NCBI GenBank assembly: GCA_964016885.1 | Contig: OZ024744.1 | Coordinates: 132,742,001-132,806,000 of the forward strand | Source: Eledone cirrhosa | Lineage: Eukaryota | DNA: 64,000 bases | Direction: 5' to 3' | Part shown: positions 36,401 to 48,781 of the stretch, piece by piece | Layout of the letters: each line of letters begins with the position of its first letter | Numbering within the stretch: position 1 is the stretch's first letter | Notes under the pieces: model-generated | Told to the model about the DNA's origin: nothing | Databases searched by the model: none | The model's input: the letters and a program-made list of their open reading frames with translations, nothing else | Program-made: the position numbers and the translations under genes

Positions 36401-37466
36401 GTTAAGTTGGGGTTAAGTTAAGTTGGGGTTAAGTTAAGTTGGGGTTAATTTAAGTTGGGGTTAAATTAAGTTGGGGTTAATTTAAGTTTGGGTTAAGATA
36501 AGTTGGGGTTAAGTTAAGTTGGGGTTAAATTAAGTTGGGGTTAAGTTAAGTTGGGGTTAATTTAAGTTGGGGTTTAGTTAAGTTGGGGTTAAGTTAAGTT
36601 GGGGGTAAGTTAAGATGGGGTTAAGTTAAGTTGGGGTTAAGTTATTTTGGGGTGAAGTTAAGTTGGGGGTAAGTTAAGTTGGTGGTAAGTTAAGTTGGGG
36701 GTAAGTTAAGTTGGGGTTAAGTTAAGTTGGGTTAAGTTGGGGTTAAGTTAAGTTAGGGTTAAGTTAAGTTGGGGTTGAGTTAAGTTGGGGTTAAGTTAAG
36801 AGGTGGTTATGTTCAGTTGGGGTTAAGTTAAGTTGGGGTTAAGTTAAGTTGGGGTTAAGTTAAGTTGGGGTTAAGATAAGTTGGGGTTAAGTTAAGTTGG
36901 GGGTAAGTTAAGATGGGGTTAAGTTAAGTTGGGGTTAAGTTATTTTGGGGTGAAGTTAAGTTGGGGGTAAGTTAAGTTGGTGGTAAGTTAAGTTGGGGGT
37001 AAGTTAAGTTGGGGTTAAGTTAAGTTGGGTTAAGTTGGGGTTAAGTTAAGTTAGGGTTAAGTTAAGTTGGGGTTGAGTTAAGTTGGGGTTAAGTTAAGAG
37101 GTGGTTATGTTCAGTTGGGGTTAAGTTAAGTTGGGGTTAAGTTAAGTTGGGGTTAAGTTAAGTTGGGGTTAAGATAAGTTGGGGTTGAGTTAATTTGGGG
37201 TTAAGTTAAGTTGGGGTTAACTTAATTTGGGTTTAAGTTAAGTTGGGGTTAAGTTAAGTTGGGGTTAAATTAAGTTGGGGTTAAGTTAAGTTGGGTGTAC
37301 GTTAAGTTGGGGTTGACTGAAGTTGGGGTTAAGTTAAGTTGGGGTTAAGTTAAGTTAGGGTTAATTTAAGTTGGGGTTATGTTAAGTTGGGGTTAAGTTA
37401 AGTTGGGGTTAAGTAGAGTTGGGGTTAATTTAAGTTGGGGTTAAGTTAAGTTGGTGTTAAGTTGGG

Positions 37467-38152
37467 TTTTTTTTTATCTGATTTCAAATATTGATTTTTT
37501 TAGCTTTTTCGACAAAATCTTATATAATCAATTTTTTTTAGGTTTTTCGAAAAAGAATGAATTTGAGTTCATAGTCGAAATATATACTTCTGCATTAATG
37601 CTTTTACGTAATCTTTTTAAAAAGTAATTACTGTTTTACAAATTTTGAAATTTCTAGTTTCAAATTTTGCAGAATTAAAATCTTTGTCGAAATCAGAAGT
37701 TAATATTTCGTAAAACGCAATTTGAAAAACTCATATTAATTTTTTTTCGAAAACTTATTATATAATCAATTTTTTTATACTTTTAGAAATATTTATATCT
37801 GATTTCAAATATTGATTTTTTTAGGTTTTTCGAAAACCCTATATAATCAATTTTTTTGTACTTTTAGAAATATCTATATCTGATTTCATGTATTGATTTT
37901 TTTATATTTTTCGAAAAAGCTTAGATAATCAATTTTTTTAGGTCTTTCGAAAACCTTATATAATCAATTTTTTTTTAGGTTTTTCGAAAAAACCTTATAT
38001 AATCAATTTTTTTTATGTTTTTTCGAAAAATCTTATATAATCAATTTTTTTACGTTTTTAGAAATATTTATATCTGATTTCAAATATTGATTTTTTTTAG
38101 ATTTTTCGAAATACCTTATATAATCAATTTTTTTTAGGTTTTTCAAATTACC
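37467..38152. repeat. AT-rich island 4 (~685 bp, rearranged and shortened core)
   Basis: Same junctions as islands 2 and 3, but the core at 37592-37690 differs (gcattaatgcttttacgtaatc...). Confidence 0.92.
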
Positions 38153-38348
38153 CCGACTTAACTTAACCCCGACTTAACTTAACCCCAACTTAACTTAACC
38201 CCAACTTAACTTAACCCCAACTTAACTTAACCCCAACTTGACTTAACCCCAACTTAACTCACACCCAACTTAACTTACCCCCAACTTAACTTAACCCCAA
38301 CTTGACTTAACCCCAACTTAACTTAACCCCAACTTAACTTAACCCCAA
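38148..38348 (-). repeat. Inverted satellite tract (island-associated)
   Basis: ttaccccgac ... ccccaaagtcggag. Confidence 0.95.
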
Positions 38349-39153
38349 AGTCGGAGTTAAGTTAAGTTGGGGTTAAGTTAAGTTGGGGGTAAATTAAGTT
38401 GGGGGTAAGTTAAGTTGGGGTTAAGTTAAGTTGGGGTTAAGTTGGGGTTAAGTTAAGTTGGGTATAAGTTAATTTGGGGTTGAGTGAAGTTGGGGTTAAG
38501 TTAAGTTGGGGTTAAGTTAAGTTAGGGTTAATTTAAGTTGGGGTTAAGTTAAGTTGGGGTTAACTTAAGTTGGGGTTAAGTTAAGTTGGGGTTAATTTAG
38601 GTTGGGGTTAAGTTAAGTTGGGGTTAAGATAAGTTGGGGTTAAGTTAAATTGAGATTAAGTTAACTTGGGTTTGAGTTAAGTTGGGGATAAGTTAAGTTG
38701 GGGTTAAGTTAAGTTGGGGTTAATTTAAGTTGGGTTTAAGTTAAGTTGGGGTTGAGTTAAGTTGGGGTTAATTCAAGTTGGGGCTAAGTTAAGTTGGGGC
38801 TGAGTTAAGTTGGGGTTAAGTTAATTTGGGGTTAACTTAAGTTGGGGTTAAGTTAAGTTGGGGTTAATTTAGGTTGGGGTTAAGTTAAGTTGGGGTTAAG
38901 CTAAGTTGGGGTTAAGTTAAATTGAGGTTAAGTTAACTTGGGTTTGATTTAAGTTGGGGATAAGTTAAGTTGGGGTTAAGTTAAGTTGGGGTTAAGTTAA
39001 GTTGGGTTTAAGTTAAGTTGGGGCTAAGTTAAGTTAGGGCTAAGTTAATTTGGGTTTAAGTTAAGTCGGGGCTAAGTTAAGTTGGGTCTAAGTTAAGTTG
39101 GGGTTAAGTTAAGTTGGGGTTAAGTTAAGTTGGGGTTAGGTTAAGTTGGGGTT

Positions 39154-39385
39154 AACCCCAACTTAACTTAACCCCAACTTAACATAACCCCAACTTCACT
39201 CAACCCCAACTTAACTTAACCCCAACTTCACTCAACCCCAACTTAACTCAACCCCAACTTAACTTAACCCCAACTTAACTGAACCCCAACTTAACTTAAC
39301 CCTAACTTAACTTAACCCCGACTTAACGTAACCCCGACTTAACTTAACCCCAACTTAACTTACCCCCAACTTAACTTAACCCCAA
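39154..39385 (-). repeat. Inverted satellite tract, type C
   Basis: As the 17897 tract. Confidence 0.95.
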
Positions 39386-41489
39386 AGTCGGAGTTAAGTT
39401 AAGTTGGGGTTAAGGTAAGTTAGGCTTAACTTAAGTTGGGGTTAAGTTAAGTTGGGGGTAAGTTAAGTTGGGGTTAAGTTAAGTTGGGGTTAAGTTAAGT
39501 GGTGCTTATGTTAAGTTGGGGTTAAGTTAAGTTGGGGTTAAATTAAGTTGGGGTTAAGTTAAGTTGGGTGTAAGTTAAGTTGGGGTTGAGTGAAGTTGGG
39601 GTTAAGTTAAGTTGGGGTTAAGTAGAGTTGGGGTTAAGTTAAGTTGGGGTTAAGTTAAGTTGGTGTTAAGTTGGGGTTAAGTTAAGTTGGGGTTAAGTTA
39701 AGTTGGGGTTGAGTGAAGTTGGGGTTAAGTTAAGTTGGGGTTAAGTTAAGTTGGGGTTAACTTAAGTTGGGTTTAAGTTAAGTTGCGGTTAAGTTAAGTT
39801 GGGGTTAAGTTAAGTTGGGGTTAAGTTAAGTCGGGGTTAAGTTAAGTTGGGGTTGAGTTAAGTTGGGGTTATTTTAAGTTGAGGTTATGTTAAGTTGGGG
39901 TTAATTTAAGTTGGGGTTAAGTTAAGTTGGGGTTAATTTAAGTTGGGGTTAAGTTCAGTTGGGGTTAATTTAAGTTGGGGTTAAGTTAAGTGGGGTTTAA
40001 GTTAAGTTGGGGTTAAGTTAAGTTGGGGTTAAGTTAAGTTGGGTTTAAGTTAAGTTGGGGCTAAGTTAAGTTGGGTCTAAGTTGAGTTGGGGTTAAGTTA
40101 AGTTGGGGTTAAGTTAAGTTGAGGTTAAATTAAGTTGGGGTTAATTAAGTTGGGGTTAAGTTAAGTTGGGGTTAAGTTAAGTTGAGGTTAAGTTAACTTG
40201 GGGTTAAGTTAAGTTGGGGTTAAGTTAAGTTGGGGTTGAGTTAAGTTGGGGTTGAGTTAAGTTGGGGTTAAGTTAAGTTGGGGTTAAGTTAAGTTGGGGT
40301 TAAGTTAAGTTGGGGTTAATTTAAGTTCGGGTTAAGTTAAGTTCGGGGTAAGCTAAGTTGGGGTTAAGTTAAATTGGGTCTAAGTTAAGTGGGGGGTTAA
40401 GTTAAGTTGGGGTTGAGTTAAGTTGTGGTTAAGTTAACTTGGGGTTAAGTTAAGTTAAGTTTGAGTTAAGTTGGGGTTAAGTTGGGGTTAAGTTAAGTTG
40501 GGGTTAAGTTAAGTTGGGGTTAAGTTGAGGTTAAGTTAAGTTGTGGTTAAGTTAAGTTGGGGCTAAGTTAAGTTGGGGCTAAGTTAAGTTGGGGTTAAGT
40601 TAAGTTGGGGTTAATTTAAGTTGGGGTTAGGTTAAGTTGGGGATAAGTTAAGTTGGGGATAAGTTAAGTTGGGGTTAAGTTAAGTTGGGTTTAAGTTAAG
40701 CTGGGGTTAAGTTAAGTTGGGGTTAAATTAAGTTGGGGTTAAGTTAAGTTTGGGTTAGGTTAAGTTGGGGATAAGTTAAGTTGGGGATAAGTTAAGTTGG
40801 GGTTAAGTTAAGTTGGGTTTAAGTTAAGTTGGGGTTAAGTTAAGTTGGGGTTAAGTTAAGTTGGGGTTAAGTTAAGTTGCGGTTAGTTAAGTTGGGTTTA
40901 AGTTAAGTTGGGGTTAATTTAAGTTGGGGTTAAGTTAAGTTGGGGTTCAGTTAAGTTGGGGTTAAGTCAAGTTGGGGTTAAGTTAAGTTGGGGTTAAGTT
41001 AAGTTGGGGTTAGGTTAAGTTGGGGATAATTTAAGTTGGGGATAAGCTAAGTTGGGGTTAAGTTAAGTGGTGGTTATGTTAAGTTGGGGTTAAGTTAAGT
41101 TGGGGTTAAATTAAGTGGGGATAACTTAAGTTGGGTGTAAGTTAAGTTGGGGTTGAGTGAAGTTGGGGTTAAGTTAAGTTGGAGTTAAGTTAAGTTAGGG
41201 TTAATTTAAGTTGGGGTTAATTTAAGTTGGGGTTAAGTTAAGTTGGGGTTAAGTCGAGTTGGGGTTAAGTTAAGTTGGGGTTAAGTTAAATTGGTGTTAA
41301 GTTAAGTTGGGGTTAAGTTAAGTTGGGGTTAGTTAAGTTGAGTTTAAGTTAAGTTGGGGTTAATTTAAGTTGTGGTTAAGTTAAGTTGTGGTTAAGTTAA
41401 GTTGGGGTTAGGTTAAGTTGGGGTTAAGTTAAGCTGGGGTTAAATTAAGTTGGGGTTAAGTTAAGTTGGGGTTAGGTTAAGTTGGGGTT

Positions 41490-41786
41490 AACCCCAACTT
41501 AACTTAACCCCAACTTAACTTAACCCCAACTTCACTCAACCCCAACTTAACTTAACCCCAACTTCACTCAACCCCAACTTAACTCAACCCCAACTTAACT
41601 TAACCCCAACTTAACTTAACCCTAACTTAACTTAACCCCGACTTAAACTTAACCCCGACTTAACTTAACCCCAACTTAACTTAACCCCAACTTAACTTAA
41701 CTCCAACTTAACTTAATCCCAACTTGACTTAACCCCAACTTAACTCACACCCAACTTAACTTACCCCCAACTTAACTTAACCCCAA
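41490..41786 (-). repeat. Inverted satellite tract, type B
   Basis: Type B flanks. The usual type A partner upstream is absent. Confidence 0.94.
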
Positions 41787-42156
41787 AGTCGGAGTTAAGT
41801 TAAGTTGGGGTTAAGTTAAGTTAGGCTTAACTTAAGTTGGGGTTAAGTTAAGTTGGGGGTAAGTTAAGTTGGGGGTAAGTTAAGTTGGGGTTAAGTTAAG
41901 TTGGGGTTAAGATAAGTGGTGGTTATGTTAAGTTGAGGTTAAGTTAAGTTGGGGTTAAATTAAGTTGGGGTTAAGTTAAGTTGGGTGTACGTTAAGTTGG
42001 GGTTGACTGAAGTTGGGGTTAAGTTAAGTTGGGGTTAAGTTAAGTTAGGGTTAATTTAAGTTGGGGTTATGTTAAGTTGGGGTTAAGTTAAGTTGGGGTT
42101 AAGTAGAGTTGGGGTTAATTTAAGTTGGGGTTAAGTTAAGTTGGTGTTAAGTTGGG

Positions 42157-42887
42157 TTTTTTTTATCTGATTTCAAATATTGATTTTTTTAGCTTTTTCG
42201 ACAAAATCTTATATAATCAATTTTTTTTAGGTTTTTCGAAAAAGAATGAATTTGAGTTCATAGTCGAAATATATACTTCTGCATTAATCTTTTTACGTTT
42301 TTTTGATTTTTTTTAAAAAAACGTAAAAAATTAATGCTTTTACAAATCTTTTGAAATATTTACTTTCTAGTTTCAAATTTTGCAGATTAAATTTTTCTCG
42401 AAAAACCTAAAAAATCAGTTGTCGAAATCAGAAGTTAATATTTCGTAAAACGCAATTTGAAAAACTCATATTAATTTTTTTTCGAAAACTTATTATATAA
42501 TCAATTTTTTTATACTTTTAGAAATATTTATATCTGATTTCAAATATTGATTTTTTTAGGTTTTTCGAAAACCCTATATAATCAATTTTTTTGTACTTTT
42601 AGAAATATCTATATCTGATTTCATGTATTGATTTTTTTATATTTTTCGAAAAAGCTTAGATAATCAATTTTTTTAGGTCTTTCGAAAACCTTATATAATC
42701 AATTTTTTTTTAGGTTTTTCGAAAAAACCTTATATAATCAATTTTTTTTATGTTTTTTCGAAAAATCTTATATAATCAATTTTTTTACGTTTTTAGAAAT
42801 ATTTATATCTGATTTCAAATATTGATTTTTTTTAGATTTTTCGAAATACCTTATATAATCAATTTTTTTTAGGTTTTTCAAATTACC
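42157..42887. repeat. AT-rich island 5 (~730 bp)
   Basis: Near-identical to islands 2 and 3. Core marker at 42244. Confidence 0.93.
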
Positions 42888-43083
42888 CCGACTTAACTTA
42901 ACCCCGACTTAACTTAACCCCAACTTAACTTAACCCCAACTTAACTTAACCCCAACTTAACTTAACCCCAACTTGACTTAACCCCAACTTAACTCACACC
43001 CAACTTAACTTACTCCCAACTTAACTTAACCCCAACTTGACTTAACCCCAACTTAACTTAAACCCAACTTAACTTAACCCCAA
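42883..43083 (-). repeat. Inverted satellite tract (island-associated)
   Basis: ttaccccgac ... ccccaaagtcggag. Confidence 0.95.
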
Positions 43084-43888
43084 AGTCGGAGTTAAGTTAA
43101 GTTGGGGTTAAGTTAAGTTGGGGTTAAGTTAAGTTGGGGGTAAGTTAAGTTGGGGTTAAGTTAAGTTGGGGTTAAGTTGGGGTTAAGTTAATTTGGGTAT
43201 AAGTTAAGTTGGGGTTGAGTGAAGTTGGGGTTAAGTTAAGTTGGGGTTAAGTTAAGTTAGGGTTAATTTAAGTTGGGGTTAAGTTAAGTTGCGGTTAACT
43301 TAAGTTGGGGTTAAGTTAAGTTGGGGTTAATTTAGGTTGGGGTTAAGTTAAGTTGGGGTTAAGATAAGTTGGGGTTAAGTTAAATTGAGATTAAGCTAAC
43401 TTGGGTTTGAGTTAAGTTGGGGATAAGTTAAGTTGGGGTTAAGTTAAGTTGGGGTTAATTTAAGTTGGGTTTAAGTTAAGTTGGGGTTGAGTTAAGTTGG
43501 GGTTAATTCAAGTTGGGGCTAAGTTAAGTTGGGGCTGAGTTAAGTTGGGGTTCAGTTAATTTGGGGTTAACTTAAGTTGGGGTTAAGTTAAGTTGGGGTT
43601 AATTTAGGTTGGGGTTAAGTTAAGTTGGGGTTAAGCTAAGTTGGGGTTAAGTTAAATTGAGGTTAAGTTAACTTGGGTTTGATTTAAGTTGGGGATAAGT
43701 TAAGTTGGGGTTAAGTTAAGTTGGGGTTAAGTTAAGTTGGGTTTAAGTTAAGTTGGGGCTAAGTTAAGTTAGGGCTAAGTTAATTTGGGTTTAAGTTAAG
43801 TTGGGGCTAAGTTAAGTTTGGTCTAAGTTAAGTTGGGGTTAAGTTAAGTTGGGGTTAAGTTAAGTTGGGGTTAGGTTAAGTTGGGGTT

Positions 43889-44120
43889 AACCCCAACTTA
43901 ACTTAACCCCAACTTAACATAACCCCAACTTCACTCAACCCCAACTTAACTTAACCCCAACTTCACTCAACCCCAACTTAACTCAACCCCAACTTAACTT
44001 AACCCCAACTTAACTTAACCCCAACTTAACTTAACCCTAACTTAACTTAACCCCGACTTAACGTAACCCCGACTTAACTTAACCCCAACTTAACTTACCC
44101 CCAACTTAACTTAACCCCAA
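43889..44120 (-). repeat. Inverted satellite tract, type C
   Basis: As the 39154 tract, offset 4735 bp. Confidence 0.95.
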
Positions 44121-45937
44121 AGTCGGAGTTAAGTTAAGTTGGGGTTAAGGTAAGTTAGGCTTAACTTAAGTTGGGGTTAAGTTAAGTTGGGGGTAAGTTA
44201 AGTTGGGGTTAAGTTAAGTTGGGGTTAAGTTAAGTGGTGGTTATGTTAAGTTGGGGTTAAGTTAAGTTGGGGTTAAAGTAAGTTGGGGTTAAGTTAAGTT
44301 GGGTGTAAGTTAAGTTGGGGTTGAGTGAAGTTGGGGTTAAGTTAAGTTGGGGTTAAGTAGAGTTGGGGTTAAGTTAAGTTGGGGTTAAGTTAAGTTGGGG
44401 TTAAGTTGGGGTTAAGTTAAGTTGGGGTTAAGTTAAGTTGGGGTTGAGTGAAGTTGGGGTTAAGTTAAGTTGGGGTTAAGTTAAGTTGGGGTTAACTTAA
44501 GTTGGGTTTAAGTTAAGTTGCGGTTAAGTTAAGTTGGGGTTAAGTTAAGTTGGGGTTAAGTTAAGTCGGGGTTAAGTTAAGTTGGGGTTGAGTTAAGTTG
44601 GGGTTATTTTAAGTTGAGGTTATGTTAAGTTGGGGTTAATTTAAGTTGGGGTTAAGTTAAGTTGGGGTTAATTTAAGTTGGGGTTAAGTTCAGTTGGGGT
44701 TAATTTAAGTTGGGGTTAAGTTAAGTTGGGTTTAAGTTAAGTTGGGGTTAAGTTAAGTTGGGGTTAAGTTAAGTTGGGTTTAAGTTAAGTTGGGGCTAAG
44801 TTAAGTTGGGTCTAAGTTGAGTTGGGGTTAAGTTAAGTTGGGGTTAAGTTAAGTTGAGGTTAAATTAAGTTGGGGTTAATTAAGTTGGGGTTAAGTTAAG
44901 TTGGGGTTAAGTTAAGTTGAGGTTAAGTTAACTTGGGGTTAAGTTAAGTTGGGGTTAAGTTAAGTTGGGGTTGAGTTAAGTTGGGGTTGAGTTAAGTTGG
45001 GGTTAAGTTAAGTTGGGGTTAAGTTAAGTTGGGGTTAAGTTAAGTTGGGGTTAATTTAAGTTCGGGTTAAGTTAAGTTCGGGGTAAGCTAAGTTGGGGTT
45101 AAGTTAAATTGGGTCTAAGTTAAGTGGGGGGTTAAGTTAAGTTGGGGTTGAGTTAAGTTGTGGTTAAGTTAACTTGGGGTTAAGTTAAGTTAAGTTTGAG
45201 TTAAGTTGGGGTTAAGTTGGGGTTAAGTTAAGTTGGGGTTAAGTTAAGTTGGGGTTAAGTTGAGGTTAAGTTAAGTTGTGGTTAAGTTAAGTTGGGGCTA
45301 AGTTAAGTTGGGGCTAAGTTAAGTTGGGGTTAAGTTAAGTTGGGGTTAATTTAAGTTGGGGTTAGGTTAAGTTGGGGATAAGTTAAGTTGGGGATAAGTT
45401 AAGTTGGGGTTAAGTTAAGTTGGGTTTAATTTAAGCTGGGGTTAAGTTAAGTTGAGGTTAAATTAAGTTGGGGTTAAGTTAAGTTTGGGTTAGGTTAAGT
45501 TGGGGATTAGTTAAGTTGGGGATAAGTTAAGTTGGGGTTAAGTTAAGTTTGGTTTAAGTTAAGTTGGTGTTAATTTAAGTTGGGGTTAAGTTAAGTTGGG
45601 GTTAAGTTAAGTTGCGGTTAGTTAAGTTGGGTTTAAGTTAAGTTGGGGTTAATTTAAGTTGGGGTTAAGTTAAGTTGGGGTTCAGTTAAGTTGGGGTTAA
45701 GTCAAGTTGGGGTTAAGTTAAGTTGGGGTTAAGTTAAGTTGGGGTTAGGTTAAGTTGGGGATAATTTAAGTTGGGGATAAGCTAAGTTGGGGTTAAGTTA
45801 AGTTGGGTTTAAGTTAAGTTGGGGTTAAGTTAAGTTGGGGTTAAATTAAGTTGGGGTTAAGTTAAGCTGGGGTTAAATTAAGTTGGGGTTATGTTAAGTT
45901 GGGGTTAAGTTAAGTTGGGGTTAGTTTAAGTGGGGTT

Positions 45938-46282
45938 AACCCCAACTTAACTTAACCCCAACTTAACTTAACCCCAACTTCACTCAACCCCAACTTAAAT
46001 TAACCCCAACTTCACTCAACCCCAACTTAACTCAACCCCAACTTAAATTAACCCCAACTTAACTTAACCCTGACTTAACTTAACCCCGACTTAACTTAAC
46101 CCCGACTTAACTTAACCCCAACTTAACTTAAACCCCAACTTAACTTAACCCCAACTTAACTTAACCCCAACTTGACTTAACCCCAACTTAACTCACACCC
46201 AACTTAACTTACCCCCAAATTAACTTAACCACAACTTGACGTAAACCCAACTTAACTTAACCCCAACTTAACTTAACCCCAA
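45938..46282 (-). repeat. Inverted satellite tract, type A
   Basis: Type A flanks. The gacgtaaaccc variant is shared with the 32177 tract. Confidence 0.95.
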
Positions 46283-46941
46283 AGTCGGAGTTCAGTTAAG
46301 TTGGGGTTCAGTTAAGTTAGGCTTAACTTAAGTTGGGGTTAAGTTAAGTTGGGGGTAAGTTAAGTTGGGGGTAAGTTAAGTTGGGGTTAAGTTAAGTTGG
46401 GGTTAAGTTGGGGTTAAGTTAAGTTAGGGTTAAGTTAAGTTGGGGGTGAGTTAAGTTGGGGTTAAGTTAAGTGGTGGTTATGTTAAGTTGGGGTTAAGTT
46501 AAGTTGGGGTTAAATTAAGTGGGGTTAACTTAAGTTGGGTGTAAGTTAAGTTGGGGTTGAGTGAAGTTGGGGTTAAGTTAAGTTGGAGTTAAGTTAAGTT
46601 AGGGTTAATTTAAGTTGGGGTTATGTTAAGTTGGTGTTAAGTTAAGTTGGGGTTAAGTCGAGTTGGGGTTAAGTTAAGTTGGGGTTAAGTTAAATTGGTG
46701 TTAAGTTAAGTTGGGGTTAAGTTAAGTTGGGGTTAGTTAAGTTGAGTTTAAGTTAAGTTGGGGTTAATTTAAGTTGGGGTTAAGTTAAGTTGGGGTTCAG
46801 TTAAGTTGGGGTTAAGTTAAGTTGGGGTTAAGTTAAGTTGTGGTTAAGTTAAGTTGGGGTTAGGTTAAGTTGGGGTTAAGTTAAGCTGGGGTTAAATTAA
46901 GTTGGGGTTAAGTTAAGTTGGGGTTAGGTTAAGTTGGGGTT

Positions 46942-47238
46942 AACCCCAACTTAACTTAACCCCAACTTAACTTAACCCCAACTTCACTCAACCCCAACTT
47001 AACTTAACCCCAACTTCACTCAACCCCAACTTAACTCAACCCCAACTTAACTTAACCCCAACTTAACTTAACCCTAACTTAACTTAACCCCGACTTAAAC
47101 TTAACCCCGACTTAACTTAACCCCAACTTAACTTAACCCCAACTTAACTTAACCCCAACTTAACTTAATCCCAACTTGACTTAACCCCAACTTAACTCAC
47201 ACCCAACTTAACTTACCCCCAACTTAACTTAACCCCAA
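46942..47238 (-). repeat. Inverted satellite tract, type B
   Basis: Type B flanks. Confidence 0.95.
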
Positions 47239-48469
47239 AGTCGGAGTTAAGTTAAGTTGGGGTTAAGTTAAGTTAGGCTTAACTTAAGTTGGGGTTAAGT
47301 TAAGTTGGGGGTAAGTTAAGTTGGGGGTAAGTTAAGTTGGGGTTAAGTTAAGTTGGGGTTAAGATAAGTGGTGGTTATGTTAAGTTGAGGTTAATTTAAG
47401 TTGGGGTTAAATTAAGTTGGGGTTAAGTTAAGTTGGGTGTAAGTTAAGTTGGGGTTGAGTGAAGTTGGGGTTAAGTTAAGTTGGGGTAAAGTAGAGTTGG
47501 GGTTAAGTTAAGTTGGGGTTAAGTTAAGTTGGTGTTAAGTTTGGGTTAAGTTAAGTTGGGGTTAAGTTGGGGTTAAGTTAAGTGGTGGTTATGTTAAGTT
47601 GGGGTTAACTTAAGTTGGGGTTAATTTAAATTGGGGTTAAGTTAACTTTGTGGTTAAGTTAAGTTGGGGTTAAGTTAAGTTGGGGTTAAATTAAGTTGGG
47701 GTTGAGTGAAGTTGGGGTTAAGTTAAGTTGGGGTTAAGTTAAGTTGGGGTTAACTTAAGTTGGGTTTAAGTTAAGTTGCGGTTAAGTTAAGTTGGGGTTA
47801 AGTTAAGTTGGGGTTAAGTTAAGTCGGGGTTAATTTAAGTTGGGGTTGAGTTAAGTTGGGGTTAATTTAAGTTGAGGTTATGTTAAGTTGGGGTTAATTT
47901 AAGTTGGGGTTAAGTTAAGTTGGGGTTAAGTTAAGTTGGGGTTAATTTAAGTTGGGATTAAGTTCAGTTGGGGTTAAATTAAGTTGGTGTTAAGTTAAGC
48001 TGGGGTTAAATTAAGTTGGGGTTAAGTTAAGTTGGGGTTAAGTTAAGTTGGGGTTAAGTTAAGTTAGGGTTAATTTAAGTTGGGGTTATGTTAAGTTGGG
48101 GTTAAGTTAAGTTGGGGTTAAGTCGAGTTGGGGTTAAGTTAAGTTGGGGTTAGTTAAGTTGAGTTTAAGTTAAGTTGGGGTTAATTTAAGTTGGGGTTAA
48201 GTTAAGTTGGGGTTCAGTTAAGTTGGGGTTAAGTTAAGTTGGGGTTAAGTTAAGTTGGTTTAAGTTAAGTTGGGGTTAGGTTAAGTTGGGGATAAGTTAA
48301 GTTGGGGATAAGCTAAGTTGGGGTTAAGTTAAGTTGGGTTTAAGTTAAGTTGGGGTTAAGTTAAGTTGGGGTTAAATTAAGTTGGGGTTAAGTTAAGCTG
48401 GGGTTAAATTAAGTTGGGGTTAAGTTAAGTTGGGGTTAAGTTAAGTTGGGGTTAGGTTATGTTGGGGTT

Positions 48470-48781
48470 AACCCCAACTTAACTTAACCCCAACTTAACT
48501 TAACCCCAACTTCACTCAACCCCAACTTAACGTAACCACAACTTCACTCAACCCCAACTTAACTCAACCCCAACTTAACTTAACCCCAACTTAACTTAAC
48601 CCTAATTTAACTTAACCTCGACTTAACTTAACCCCGACTTAACTTAACCCCGACTTAACTTAACCCCAACTTGACTTAACCCCAACTTAACTCACACCCA
48701 ACTTAACTTACCCCCAACTTAACTTAACCCCAACTTGACTTAACCCCAACTTAACTTAACCCCAACTTAACTTAACCCCAA
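48470..48781 (-). repeat. Inverted satellite tract, diverged type (~312 bp)
   Basis: Palindromic start, private variants (cgtaaccaca, cctcgac), ends aaagtcggag. Confidence 0.94.
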
